From NCBI RefSeq assembly GCF_032062105.1, contig NW_026927600.1:124001-188000 (forward strand): a stretch of DNA of 64,000 bases, in the 5' to 3' direction. Position 1 is the stretch's first letter. Each line of letters opens with the position of its first letter. Below, one piece after another: positions 1 to 12,762 of this stretch. The stretch comes from Saccostrea cucullata (Eukaryota). The notes below the pieces were generated by a model. That model was given only the letters and a program-made list of their open reading frames with translations. It was not told the origin of the DNA and ran no database searches. Position numbers and translations under genes: made by a program.

Positions 1-539
1 TGGACTCAAGGTCACATGTGAACTGATACGGATCCACTGACGTCAGTTGTAATAATATCAATTTTATAATGTATATTTTTCTCTATTTTGTAGTTTACTA
101 GCAACAGGGATGCTGTCAAATATTACAAAGAATCACATTCTCTAGGTGAGTCCAACACTTCTTACAATCTCTTAGGCTTGGTTTAATATTTTATTAAAAT
201 ATTTATATAAAACACGAAGAGGCCCTCTTAATGTCCTCATATTTTCCAGAAATAACTGTACATAGTGAGAACCAAATTTACATAGTTAAGCAACATGTAC
301 AACTTAGTGAGAGAGGTTGGTCTTCGGGCGGGTGCGTATCATTACCGCTACATTTTCAAAATTTTCATTACCGCTACAAAAAACCTTACATTACCGCTAC
401 ATAAAAAAGTATACATTACCGCTACATTGCCTCTTTTGTTAGCCAGCCACATATACGTGTACAGTACAACCTATAAATGCATACGACCCGTTTCCCCTGC
501 TCACCACGGGGAGGTGAAAGTAAGACTTTGAGCAGGATG

Positions 540-573
<34 letters not shown>

Positions 574-672
574 ATTCTCTGATCAAAATTTGTCCGTTGT
601 CTGTCGTTGTCGTTGTAGTCGTTGTTGTCGTAGTCGTCGTCGTCATAAACTTTTCACGTTTTCATCTTCTTC

Positions 673-712
<40 letters not shown>

Positions 713-715
713 AGT

Positions 716-783
<68 letters not shown>

Positions 784-1543
784 CATGAATTAAAGAAAAA
801 TTAATGGCATTTTTAAAAAATCTTCTTCTCAAGAACCACTGGGCCAGGAAAGATGAAACTCATGTGGAATCATCCTCTGGTAGTGTAAATTCAACTTTGT
901 TCAGATCATGACCCCTGGGAGTAGGGTGGGGCCAAAATGGCCGATCAAATTTTACATAGGAATATATCATGATATATAGGAAAATCTTTAAAATTCTTTC
1001 TTCTCAAGAACCACTGGGCCAGGAAAGATGAAACTCATGTGGAATCATCCTCAGGTAGTGTAGATTCAAATTTGTTCAAATCATGACCCCTGGGGGGTAG
1101 AGTGGGGCCAAAATGGCCGATCAAAGTTTTACATAGGAATATATTGGAAAAATCTTTTAAAATCTTCTTCTCAAGAACCACTGGGCCAGGAAAGATGAAA
1201 CTCATGTGGAATCATCCTCAGGTAGTGTAGATTCAAGTTTGTTCAAATCATGTCCCCCGGGGGTAGGGTGGGGCCAAAATGGCCGATCAAATTTTTACAT
1301 AGGTATATATAGGGAAACCTTTTAAAATCTTCTTTTCAAGTACTTCAAAGCCATGCTTAGTGATATTTATAGGGAATCATCCTCAGGTAGTGTACATTCT
1401 AGTTTGTTCAAATCATGACCCCCTGGGGGGGGGGGGGGTTATAATTCCCCTCCCCCCCAGTAGTAAACTTTCAGTTCTGATCTGATATATGCATTTTCCT
1501 AGCCAATTGCTCAGGTGAGCAATGTGGCCCCTGGGCCTCTTCT
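540..1543 (+). mobile_element. Helentron-associated non-autonomous element (HINE) with ~166-bp satellite core, nested in the TIR element
   Basis: Sub-TIR GCTCACCTGAGC (546-557) and its inverse (1509-1520), 5' hairpin, GTC/GTT microsatellite, tandem units of 156-175 bp, 3' GGCCC..GGGCC palindrome, T-rich insertion site. Confidence 0.85.
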
Positions 1544-1645
1544 TTTATTATTAAAATCAATTTTATTTCATAAACTCAAAAGAAAACTATACAATATACC
1601 ATGGTACCGTGTATATAGACTCGAGTTTCCAAATTAAAATCTCGC

Positions 1646-1815
1646 CTGTCTGACAAGGTTCTGTACCAATTTCTCCATGGTCAAGGCAATGTAGGCATGG
1701 ATACAGTACCTCTCTTTTAGCTGGTCCTCGTACTGTGTGGATTCTAGGTTCCTGTCCAGCGAACTCTTCACCATCTCCAGGAAGTATGGGTAATATTCCT
1801 CTGGCTTTAACTCAC
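1646..1815 (-). pseudogene. Sin3a: Isolated, decayed exon of Sin3 co-repressor (Sin3a C-terminal domain)
   Basis: Encodes [56 protein letters not shown], which matches from memory the SIN3A segment [52 protein letters not shown]. Has a tttcag acceptor and a CAG|gcgaga donor. No other Sin3 exons seen in the window. Confidence 0.85.
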
Positions 1816-2199
1816 CTGAAACCATGGCAACTGCAGAGTTATTCATATAAATATACTCATTCTGATTAGATTGTGGGTGAATTCTGTCGATTAGAACTCA
1901 TATACCGAACCATACCTGGCTAAATCGATATGTAGCGGTAATGCGTTGTTTTGGACTGATTCGATATGTAGCGGTAATGAATTGTTTTTGGCCGGAAAAA
2001 TGTAGCGGTCGAAATTCTGAAAAAAATGTAGCGGTAATGAGTTGAAATTTTTGGCGATGTAGCGGTAATGTTAACCTCCCCTTCGGGCGCTTGGAAGAGT
2101 AAAAATGCCGAAGTTAGAAAATGAATATTGACAAAGCAAGCAAATTTAGAGAATTTTTCTCCCCCGCTGAAGGAGAAAAGGGGAAAATGCTCAAACTGG

Positions 2200-2812
2200 G
2201 GGGTGGGTGGGTGGGTGTCGAACCCACCCCCCTCCTTCCCCGGATTTGCAGAATTATTAAATAATGTACTGAAGCAAATAAAAAAATGCAAATATGGGTA
2301 TAAAGATTTGACTGCTTGTTTTTTAAGAAGATTCTTTTAATATAAAATACTTTTTCACACAATAAAAATTTGTATACGCCTTGCATCATAACTTCTTCAT
2401 TTCAGATGCTAAATACTATCATGTAGTAATTGAAAAAAAAGTGCAACCGAGATTCGAACCAGGGGCCTTTCGCTTGCGAAGCGAGAATCTTTCCCCTTGG
2501 CATTCGACGAACTTAAATCAAACTACATCCAAAAACTATGTCTCATACACATGTTTACATCACGTTCTACATTGTTAAAATTTTACAAATAACCAAGTTT
2601 GTCTAATTTACTTTACCCTCTACTGAACCTTTGACTTCAAAATCAATAGGGATCTTCCTTAGGCTATAAGAAATTATTGTGTTGCAAAATCTCAAAGGTT
2701 TCTCGAGATATTGCGTGGAAACGAAAGCGTTACGCACAGACAGAATTAACTACAGACAGACAACTAGACGGACAGACAGGCCGAAATTAATATCCCCTCT
2801 CTGCAGAGGACA
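2200..2812. repeat. Dispersed or duplicated repeat block, copy 1 (ends in a Helentron-like GACA microsatellite and hairpin)
   Basis: Colinear similarity to 5310-5800, e.g. CGGATTTGCAGAATT..AAAGATTTGACTGCTT and GTGGAAACGAAAGCGTTACGCACAGACAGAA. Confidence 0.65.
2441..2512 (-). pseudogene. tRNA-Ala(CGC)-derived pseudogene or SINE-like head
   Basis: Anticodon arm CTCGC-TTCGCAA-GCGAA, B-box GGTTCGAATC, followed by an oligo-T run. The acceptor stem does not pair. Confidence 0.6.
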
Positions 2813-2896
2813 AAATTATCAACTTGTTTTGGAATAAGTGTACAACAGCATGATAAGACATTTTAAAAATGTAGCACATACCCTAACAAAAAAATA

Positions 2897-3145
2897 CTAT
2901 AGTTAACTATAGTGTAACTATAGTAAATCAAAGTGTCAAAGTTTTCGTCAAAGTTTTTCAAAGTGTCAAAGTTTTCGCCAAAGTTTTTCAAAGTGTCAAA
3001 GTGTTCGCCAAAGTTTTTCAAAGTGTCAAAGTTTTCGATAAAGTTTTTCAAAGTGTCAAAGTTTTTCAAAGTGTCAAAGTTATCACTATAGTAAATCAAA
3101 GTTTTCAAAGTGTCAAAGTTATAACTATAGTTAACTATAGTAAAC
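2897..3145. repeat. AAAGTGTCAAAGTTTT minisatellite (18-30 bp units) flanked by ACTATAGTTAACTATAGT palindromes
   Basis: Direct tandem periodicity; the 18-bp palindrome is present at both ends. Confidence 0.85.
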
Positions 3146-3320
3146 TAGGCTTTACTGAAGTGTTCGAACGCTTCAACTCCAGGGAAAAAACAATCAAGTT
3201 AAAATTATGTGGCATATGTCCTTAATTGTGTGTGTATAGCCTAGTGGTGTATTATAATTTTTTTGTGTTTGGGGTCTCCAGTTCAACCCCCACCAACCTC
3301 TTTTCCACATTTCTTTTCCA

Positions 3321-3757
3321 NNNNNNNNNNNNNNNNNNNNNNNNNNNNNNNNNNNNNNNNNNNNNNNNNNNNNNNNNNNNNNNNNNNNNNNNNNNNNNNN
3401 NNNNNNNNNNNNNNNNNNNNNNNNNNNNNNNNNNNNNNNNNNNNNNNNNNNNNNNNNNNNNNNNNNNNNNNNNNNNNNNNNNNNNNNNNNNNNNNNNNNN
3501 NNNNNNNNNNNNNNNNNNNNNNNNNNNNNNNNNNNNNNNNNNNNNNNNNNNNNNNNNNNNNNNNNNNNNNNNNNNNNNNNNNNNNNNNNNNNNNNNNNNN
3601 NNNNNNNNNNNNNNNNNNNNNNNNNNNNNNNNNNNNNNNNNNNNNNNNNNNNNNNNNNNNNNNNNNNNNNNNNNNNNNNNNNNNNNNNNNNNNNNNNNNN
3701 NNNNNNNNNNNNNNNNNNNNNNNNNNNNNNNNNNNNNNNNNNNNNNNNNNNNNNNNN
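3321..3757. other. Assembly gap
   Basis: Run of N. Confidence 1.
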
Positions 3758-4939
3758 CCACTCCTTCCAGGAGTAGAGAGTTGAGGAGGCAAGGGTATAA
3801 GGCAGGTAAAAGAAAGGGACAAAGTTCCCTTTCGTTTTTTCCCCATCCAATGCCTCCCTCTCCCAGCATATTTTCTCTCCCTCTTTCTTACCCTCTCTTT
3901 CTTTATATTTTTTTTATTTTTCTGCTTTACAACATTGCAACACGTTTTCGTCATAGAAAAAATTATATAAGGAAACATTAATAATCATTTATAGTGTTTT
4001 AAGTCTGGCATTACTATTATCGCCAAAATTTATGGTACAGGTTAGTTTGATTCAAACTAAATCACAACCAATAATTTCTTATTATGATTTTAAATATTCT
4101 TGAAAAATTAATTTTCCAAAGAATCATATGTGTTCATTTATAATCACGAAATAAACCATCGAAATTTGCAACGCATACAAAACGTTTACGCTAAGAATAG
4201 AACTACATGTATTGAGTCATGTGCGATTCCAATTCCAACTTAAACGTTGCATGTGTATGTCAGATTTTCGTATTAAAATTTTTTTGCAGCTTTTATTGGT
4301 AATGAAAAAGACTGTACATGATATAAACCTACACGATTTTTCACGTGTAGGATGCAGATAGATTTTATTTTACTATAATTTATTCATATGATATGGCAAT
4401 GAATATTATAAAACTAAATTTAAAAAAAAATTTAAAGTGAAAGTGAACATGTCACTAAATTAAGTATTCTAATTCCTTTTATCGTTGGCGTGCATGTTTC
4501 TGACATAAAGGATTTGATATATGTATTACTTGTATTTGGTTTTCTCTACTGATGATTTGGTGTTCACTAAATCGCCTCTGGTGTAACACTGCCACCTTTT
4601 CGTGATCTTTCTGAATGGGGTGTCAATTGATTGGTTATTGGACCAATCAATTATAGAGGTTTCTTTTTTATCCCAAGTCATTCGGTTAATTAAGTTTTGA
4701 AGTTATGGAGAAGGCGGGATAAACATAATTTTTAAAAATATTTTACGGTAAATTTAGAAGAGAAAAGTAATGTCGGTGTGTATGTGATGTAGTTGCTGGG
4801 AAGAGGGGTGAAGGGGGTAGTTTCATTCAATCGGCATAAAAATTTAATGAAACCTAGACTGCATTAATTTTGTTATATTCGAAAAATACGAATTACATGT
4901 GTATCTATAAAGATTATAGGACAGATGATACAATTAAAA

Positions 4940-5040
4940 ATCACCTTGAAATCCGAGGTAGATGCAAATTCTATTATCATTCATTACCCCTATAAATATT
5001 ATATACAGAAATTAGGTATTGTGTCGGATTTCAAGGTGAT
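4940..5040. mobile_element. Small MITE-like inverted repeat
   Basis: Perfect 17-bp IR ATCACCTTGAAATCCGA / TCGGATTTCAAGGTGAT with a 67-bp spacer; no clear TSD. Confidence 0.55.
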
Positions 5041-5309
5041 ATTTTTTAATCAGGAACATGTAGATGAAGGATAGTTAGAGACTAAAAATAAAGAAAAAAA
5101 TATATTAAAATTATGATAATTATTATTTTTTAAAAATCATAAAAGTGGGGTGCATCGTAAAAGGAGAGTCCTGTCCACAAACACCTGTGGTACACTGTAT
5201 ACAGGCCCAGAGATGCCTCTGTTTTCCTGGTTTCGAATCAATTTTTTCAGTCAGTATCGAATTAAGCGTCCTCTATTGTTGCTGACTATAAAATAGTAGA
5301 TGATGCTCA

Positions 5310-5800
5310 GATTGGGGGTTGACCCCCCCCCCTTTTCCACGGATTTGCAGAATTAATAAATTATGTACTGAAGCAAACAAAAAATGTAGATATGGATATA
5401 AAGATTTGACTGCTTATTCTTTTAATACAAAATCTTTATCACACAATAATAATAGTTTGTATACGATCTTCTTTAAGCCATAGGGAGTTATGGTATAAAA
5501 TATCATTGCAAAAGCTCAAAGGTTAATCGAGGTATCGTGCGGATCCGAAACTATTAAAACAAACAGAATCTTTTTAAATTTATGACTTTGACCTTTTACC
5601 CTTTGACCTCAAAATTGATAGGGACCCTTCTTAGGCCATGGAGAGTTATTGTGTAAATTTCATTGCAAGAGCTCAAAGGCTTCTCGAGATATCGCGTGGA
5701 AACGAAAGCGTTACGCACAGACAGAACTACAGCTAGACGGTCAGCAAGACGGACGGACAGACAGACCGAAATCAATATCCCCCACTTGCACTTGTGGGGA
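5310..5800. repeat. Dispersed or duplicated repeat block, copy 2
   Basis: Similar to 2200-2812; ends in GACA/GACG repeats and a CCCCAC..GTGGGG hairpin. Confidence 0.65.
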
Positions 5801-8151
5801 GGGGAGTGAGTGGAGAGAGTGGATGGGGGGAGGTTACTGGGATGAGATATACATGTATATAAAATGGTAAAATTATTATTTTTTAATTAAAAAACAAAAC
5901 GAAACAAATGTGTACTTGTCTTTCTTTTCTTGTAGGAATTTCTGTGAATCTAGACGATGAGGCTTCGCGCCAACTCTTTAAGGTACATTTCTGAAACTAT
6001 TACACCTCGTCATGTAATTAACAAATATTCATTGGTTTGAGCCGATTCCTCCTTTTACCTGAATTCTTTATTATGACTTTTTTCTGTTTCAGTCTTCTGC
6101 ACATTGCCCGCGACATCGAATATTATTGAAACATCGCAGGATTGAGAGAACTAACAATTGACGAGGAACTTACGTGCAGAAACCAATCTCACCGTTATTA
6201 TATAGAAATTGCATTTCTTACAGTTATTTTCCGATATACATTTTTCATAAGTATAGTACTGAACAATTTTTTTGATTCAGAATTGATGAAAAAATGTGTA
6301 AATAATTATAGACCTTCAGTCTATTAAAATTTAAGGATCTTTGGTTTTATTAAAAAGGTATTCAGTTTATGTTACTCTATATTTCACCCCTGCAATTGTT
6401 TTTGAAATAGTCTGTAAAATCTTAATTTTTTCAAGTTTTGTTAACTAACACATTCGTTTGTGCTTTACAGGAACCATATATATTGAAGAAGGAACTTCGT
6501 TATGTACTTGTAATATTTACATCATTTCTCTTTCTTCTGAACATAATACTCTGCATAAAAATGAGTACCAGTTTCACATTGTGTCAGCAGTTGTATTGTA
6601 ATGCAGAGTTTTACAATTTAATTTTGCCTTTTTGCCTCTCCTCGATGTAGATTTAATTAATATGGTTCATAGGAGTATTGCGTCATAGTTGCAATAATAT
6701 AACTGGATCTTTTACGGAAGATGTTGTTGCCCTGTGTTCATATCAATTGACGCCAGCGAAATTATGTATCTAGCTCCATTGTACATAACGTCGCCCATCG
6801 GTGCATATTGACACCACGGGCGACAATATGTTCCTGCTGAGCCTCATGACACACTCAAAATAGGCGACAAAGCGCACCGTACATGTTGGCACATAATAGG
6901 ATTGTGCCCAGTGACCATAAACAGGTCCTGATAAATGTCTTGAACATTTTGTTGCCAAAAGGACTGTATTGTTCTGGAGTCAGAGAGGAAGAGCAACACA
7001 TTCTTGTATTTTTAATGAATTTATATTACATGTTATTTGCATAATCCTCCTTTTTACCGTGCAACGTGTATTTTGAATATACGTGTAAATATTTATAGCA
7101 TTTTATTGCAGCTGCTCATTAAACATGACAACTGTGTGTTTAAACATTGATTTTTTTCTTTGCGTTATTACTTGCCTGAGTGTAGCAATATTGGTTGTTA
7201 AGCCTTGAGCTGAATAAAAAGAAGTAACATATACAATAAATCTTTGTGACAACATCATTAAGAATTGCTACCAGACGGAACATTTGCATGCATTTGTTAC
7301 AAGGCCATGTCTTATAGAAAACTTCTGCCAACTGTATTCTCATCTTTGCGCAGTAAGAGGATAAGTTTATGACAAATGCTTATAAAAACTAGTTCGATTT
7401 GTGTGTATATTTATATCCTTCTTTGTCCGGATTGAAAATCTCTCCATTGCTTTTGGACTTCATGCCTAAGGTTCATAATGGCAAAAGCCAAAGACGTCAT
7501 CATCTGCATTATGGTACATGCTGCTTGTTATTTTCTTTGATATATTATGTAAAAATAAAATGCTCATTGCCATACCTTTGGTGCAGAAAGGTCGTTTTAT
7601 TTTCCTTCATTACTACTGTATCTAGATTGCGTATGACAATCTTGCATTGTACATCCATGAATTACATGTACAAAGAAGTAAGGAATTAACCTGCCTAATA
7701 AATTAAACATTACTTTTGATTTGATTTGAAAACTCTTCTTGGATATATATAAAAAGTAAAAGCATGTAAGCGCGAACATTTTGTCGCCACCGTCAATCTC
7801 ATTTAACACCCTAAACAAGATAATCTAAAGTTATCTGACAGTTAACATTTGCGAACATTAATAAATTAAAGTTGAGAATAGCCTTAGATGATCAAATTTG
7901 AATCGAATACAATGGAATACAATAAATTTCGAAAAAAATTCCATAATGAAACAAAATTTAAAGTTGATGTTTGAATATCATCGTCGGAAACTCACAGGTG
8001 ATCTCGTCTTTACGTATCACCCGTGGGTATCCGATGATGTTTGAATAAAAATGTTATACAAAATTGAAATTTTTTAAGGAAATACGTCTACCAAATTTAA
8101 GCTCTTAGAAATCAAAATTTTGACTTGAGGCAAAGGTCTTGAGGCAAGGAA

Positions 8152-8283
8152 NNNNNNNNNNNNNNNNNNNNNNNNNNNNNNNNNNNNNNNNNNNNNNNNN
8201 NNNNNNNNNNNNNNNNNNNNNNNNNNNNNNNNNNNNNNNNNNNNNNNNNNNNNNNNNNNNNNNNNNNNNNNNNNNNNNNNNNN
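8152..8283. other. Assembly gap
   Basis: Run of N. Confidence 1.
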
Positions 8284-9214
8284 CGTGGTAGTATCAGAGG
8301 AGTCTCGGATTTACGTAATCCGGGCTGTACGTCTAAGTCGATTCGGATGCCTTGATTGATGCAAAAGATAAAACTAGCTAAGAATATGTTCTCTACGAGA
8401 GGAGACAGTGCTTTTCCCCCTAGAATATGATCGATTTCTTGGCAAAGAAGGGGTTTTTGGATCATGATTTTCGCAGAAAATGTGATACACCTTTTCCCTC
8501 CTGAACTGCTCTCAAAATGAAAATAAAAATTCCAATACTTTACTGTTTATTGCCAGGACAGCACGAGTCATCCTCCATGGCTGCAAGGTAAAATTGGCTC
8601 TGAAAACAGCTTTTGTAGCTGCACTGAAAAAAGTCCTTTTTCGACCCCATTTGGCTCCATGGACCATGGTAGAAAGCACCGTTCATATTCCAAAAAATAA
8701 TTAGCTACGTACTATGAAAAAAGTCGTTTTTCAAACTCAACTATCTAATCCGAGATAAAAATGAAAAAGCCCAAATCACATTGAACGTCCTCAAAGCTCG
8801 ACCAATCGTATTTCAAAATAGGTATTACCCGGTATATTCTGCTTAAAATGTAAGAGGAGTGAGTTAGTTTGACAGAAGAAAGGGTGGATCGGAATAACAA
8901 CTATAAACCCGAACTTTCTTAAGGAATCACTGTCTAGTTTGTTGGGTATGCCAGGGCATCATAGTTGGAAACATGGGCTAATTTGCCAAATGGGCGTATG
9001 TTAGTTTAAGAGTTGTTGTAAAATACATGAATAGGGCTAGTCTGTCATTTGGTCTTCATTCACTAAAGAATTGCATGAAAATAACTTGTACACTTGTAAA
9101 GCTGATGACCATGTATAAAGTTACCTCATGCTCTGAGAATTTGTATTTGGTGAAAAGCTGATTTGATTGATTTTTATTCCTATGAATATAATTTTTGAAG
9201 TCTTTAAACATTCG

Positions 9215-9378
9215 CTTTAAAGAGGAACACACGGCGGATGTGACCGGTCGGTAGGGGATGCTCACTCCTCTATGGCACCCGATCCTACCTCTGACTGTTT
9301 AGATACTTTTCTCCTGATTTGTTTTATATGAATGGACTTTTGAGGTTGAAAAATGTTTGCCATCTTCATATATTTCAT
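9215..9378 (+). mobile_element. Penelope-like retroelement 3' end fragment
   Basis: Shares the 3' motif GTGACCGGTCGG.AGGGGATGCTCACTCCTC.ATGGCACC.GATCC.ACCTCTG with the RT-bearing copies. Confidence 0.7.
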
Positions 9379-10057
9379 TATATAAAACAGTTTAGACCAG
9401 TGAAAGAAGGTACACTAGGAACAGATTTCTCTCGTTTTGATGAACTAAGCGTAGGACAGGGTATATAATATTGAGCAATTTTCTCCCAAAGTACCTGTTC
9501 AGTCGACAATGACTAGTACTTGACGTACTCATTATCAGATAAGACATAGTTACAAGCTAGTGTGTGGGTTTTCTTGACATTGGTTGTTTGTGTAGATTAT
9601 ATACAGAAATATCTTAATACTTGTTGTCCACAAAAACAAGACAGATATAAAATGAGAATCCAGGAATAATTCCAGAATCCTTATCAGTGATTTGATAACC
9701 AGATATTAGGAACCTATCATTATGAAAATCTTAAGTGTTGTGAGTATATGTTACCCGATTTCTAAATTAAAAAAAGTTGCATCATTATATTTGAAAAAAG
9801 TTTTAACAGCTAGAAGAAAAAAATTCACTGAAGTACAATTAAACAACTTTTCTTTTAAACAACTCTTTAAAAACATCAATATATTTTGGTCCCCTCTATA
9901 ATTGATTAAAAAAGAACTATGTAATAACGGTTGGAAAAAATTCGTTCTGTTGCAATATATTAAAATCTCACGTCTGTTAATTTTGTAGTTTGATTATTTA
10001 TATCAAGATAAGTAATATTTCATAATATGAATTACCTGGTAATATAAATATTTTGTA

Positions 10058-11332
10058 TGAAACATATGGAGATAGCGAACAGTAATCAGTATCAAAAGTC
10101 CATAAAACAATACAAGAATAGGAGCAGAGCAAACAAGGACCTCCAAAATATCAGAGGTGGGATCACGTGCCATGGAGGAGTATGCATCCCCTGCCAACCG
10201 GTCACACCCCCCGTGTGGTCCTTGTCATGATCGGGAAATAACGGAAATATAAGTCGACAATTCAGTGTATAAATAATGGACTAAAAATTAGTATGAAAAA
10301 CGTCAGTCAGCATTTGACTCAATGATAAATTGTATTTGCTGACAAGATTATTGTATCGACCAGAGAACTTACGAAATGATGACTTTAAACTAGACTGCTG
10401 ATATTCTTGTTTTATCAACTTGTTTGTAAATAATTTACCCCGTTTTAGAAATTGTTCTTATATAGAGCATGCTCTTGCGTATCGAATCAACTAAGATACA
10501 TAAACTCCCTATGCAGGTGATGAAGGTATATTGCTGCGTACGTAGGGAAGCTGACGATAGAAAAGTTAAAGTCATCACGTTTATCATAGAGTTAAGTTTT
10601 TAGATTACTATTGGCATTAACAATATTTTCAAGTAAAATATCCAAATACGAAACAGATGTGTCAGACTCTGTGGTATCTTTTTATCTCAAGGTCACCAGG
10701 ATATATCGTATCGGCATAAGAATGGAAATTACCATTGTTACGGGGGAAGGCCTCAGCCAGTGTTTTCTTCTTTTCAAGCATAAGATTTTGCACTAATTCT
10801 GCTTCATATGAATACAAAAATAGGTTTGCTAATAATGGGACGCAATTAGTACCCATGGGAATTCCAATATATCGTTGGAAAACCTGCATTGTCTCCAAAA
10901 CAACATAGATATTGTCAATCAGAAACTCAAGAATTTTTTTGGAAGTCAACTTCAGAGTACTTGTGTACAATGAAAATGCTATTTAACAAAATAATTTTGT
11001 AAATGACCAATGACAAGGTAAGTAAATTTACGACTTCCATTTTTATCGAAAAAGCAGCTGTCGGTGATATCGAAAAGCCATGACTTTAATTTATCTTGGG
11101 AAATGATTGTGTATAAAGTTGAAAAGTCGTAAGTTTTGAAGCTGTTGATTTTGGTAAAATCTTGTGATTTCAAATTGTCCTAAAGTTCCTTGGAATTCTT
11201 AAGTATCCACATCTGATTTACACCACTTCTTGAATACTAGTATATTGTTGCACAATACTCTTAGAGTTTCTCCTTCATTACTGTTTATTTCTTAGTAAGG
11301 AGTAAAGAAAGAGACTTGCTTTGACATTTACT
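10058..11332 (-). mobile_element. 5'-truncated Penelope-like retroelement, decayed RT
   Basis: Frameshifted pieces encode TYDFSTLYT, LEFLIDNI and GIPMGTNCVPLLANLFLYSYEAE; conserved 3' UTR. Confidence 0.85.
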
Positions 11333-11990
11333 CAAGAAGAATTTCATCTTTTTAAAGGACTAAGCACTGCTTACTGAATTCATTTAGTGATTTGTTTCTG
11401 TATTTTTAAAACAAGATTTTATTCGGGAAAAAACTTAATTTACTTTTCTTTACACATCTTATCATGAAAACAGGTATTTGATATACATGGTCTATAAGGT
11501 AAATTCAGCATCTTCGGATAAATAGTAGTACTCAATTAAATAAAAGATAAAAGCCACTCATGATTATATAGTTAATGGGATGTATCAAGAAAAAAATGTG
11601 CTGGTTGCCACAAATTAAGTGGGTCGCTCCAAAGACGTATGAAATCAACTTCTAATCCTTATTCATGAAGGCAATCCACAGTTATCTTTCTTCTTTTGCA
11701 TTTTACAAGTAATGGTACGATTTGAAGACACCTAATAATATATATGGTATTAACAATAGTTAATGAAAAATATCATTTATAATTATACATTTAATCAAAG
11801 TTCCACTACAATAAATTAAAGTCCCCATTGTATTCATAACAGTTAACAAAAGTAAAAAAAAATTATCCCAATAATATATATATCCAATATTTAGGACTCG
11901 AAAAAAGTGACATCACATTGTCTGATACATCTGTTCCGTATTAGGGTGTAATAGGCTATAAGAAATAAGTTTATAATGTAAGGACTTCCA

Positions 11991-12327
11991 CAATCTCGTA
12001 TAAAGTGATAATTTATAAATTCCTTTGATTAATACAACTTTTGTTTGTCATTATACAGTTGTCATTAGGTCGAAAATTGACTGATGTCTTTAATACAAAC
12101 TTTCGGCAGATACTTTCTACGTAAATATCAACAGATTTCATTGCTTACTAAATCATGACAAAGGACAATGAAGGGTTACTGACCTGTCGACAGGGGACAC
12201 TTTCTCCTCAATGGCACTTGATCTCATCTCAGATATTTAAAGAGGTCTTTCTTTGCCCTGATCGTGATGTGTTTTGTTTGATTGGATTGTTGAGGATGTT
12301 ACTGTTTGGTATCTTCATATTTCATCC
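11991..12327 (+). mobile_element. Penelope-like retroelement 3' fragment (old)
   Basis: Diverged match to the RT C-terminus and 3' UTR of neighbouring copies. Confidence 0.6.
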
Positions 12328-12762
12328 CCTTCATTAAATTGAAGTAAATATCCTTATGTGAAACTATACTAAGTTTTTTCTCAAGGACATTTTAAATAGG
12401 ATAATAATATTATTTTGCTCCTTCTCTGAAATGGATAACCAGGTTCGATAAATTCTGTTACATGATATTTATAACAACAGAATTTGTGAACACTGTTGTC
12501 CCATTTTCTTCGGCCTGAAACATGGGACCGAAACCATTCACATAAATACAGTCTGTCTAGCATTATAAATCGGCAATAACACCTGTTAATTTAAAAGGCA
12601 AAAGTTTTTGCTTGATTTTGAAAAGGAACTTGCTACCATCAAAATTATGCAATGCGAGTCCCTTGAAGCACCTGGGCGGGTCTGTGTTAATCATATACTG
12701 TAAAAACGTTATCCTAAAATATTTTTTCCTGAAAATCTAGAAAACAAGCGTTTGAATGAAAC

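Larger units (their letters stand above)
330..2080. mobile_element. Non-autonomous TIR DNA transposon (8-bp TSD; hAT/Merlin/P-like) carrying a captured host exon (Pack-TIR type)
   Basis: CTTCGGGC direct repeat at 322-329 and 2081-2088. Imperfect TIRs GGGTGCGTATCATTACCGCTACA / GGGAGGTTAACATTACCGCTACA. Subterminal CATTACCGCTACA occurs 4x on the left and 5x inverted on the right (one degenerate). No transposase. Confidence 0.85.

Noticed and set aside
540-1543. Regular ~166-bp repeats as a CRISPR array or novel repeat system
   Set aside because: Units are homologous along their full length and sit inside HINE ends; this is a known oyster-type satellite-carrying element.
1634-1846. Functional Sin3 gene at this locus
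   Set aside because: Single exon inside a transposon, with substitutions at conserved residues and no neighbouring Sin3 exons.
2863-3225. NFDTLK repeat ORFs; CRISPR-like periodicity
   Set aside because: Non-coding minisatellite with no unique spacers and no cas genes, in a eukaryotic context.
3194-3981. Five long ORFs of 173-251 aa
   Set aside because: Artefacts of reading through the N gap.
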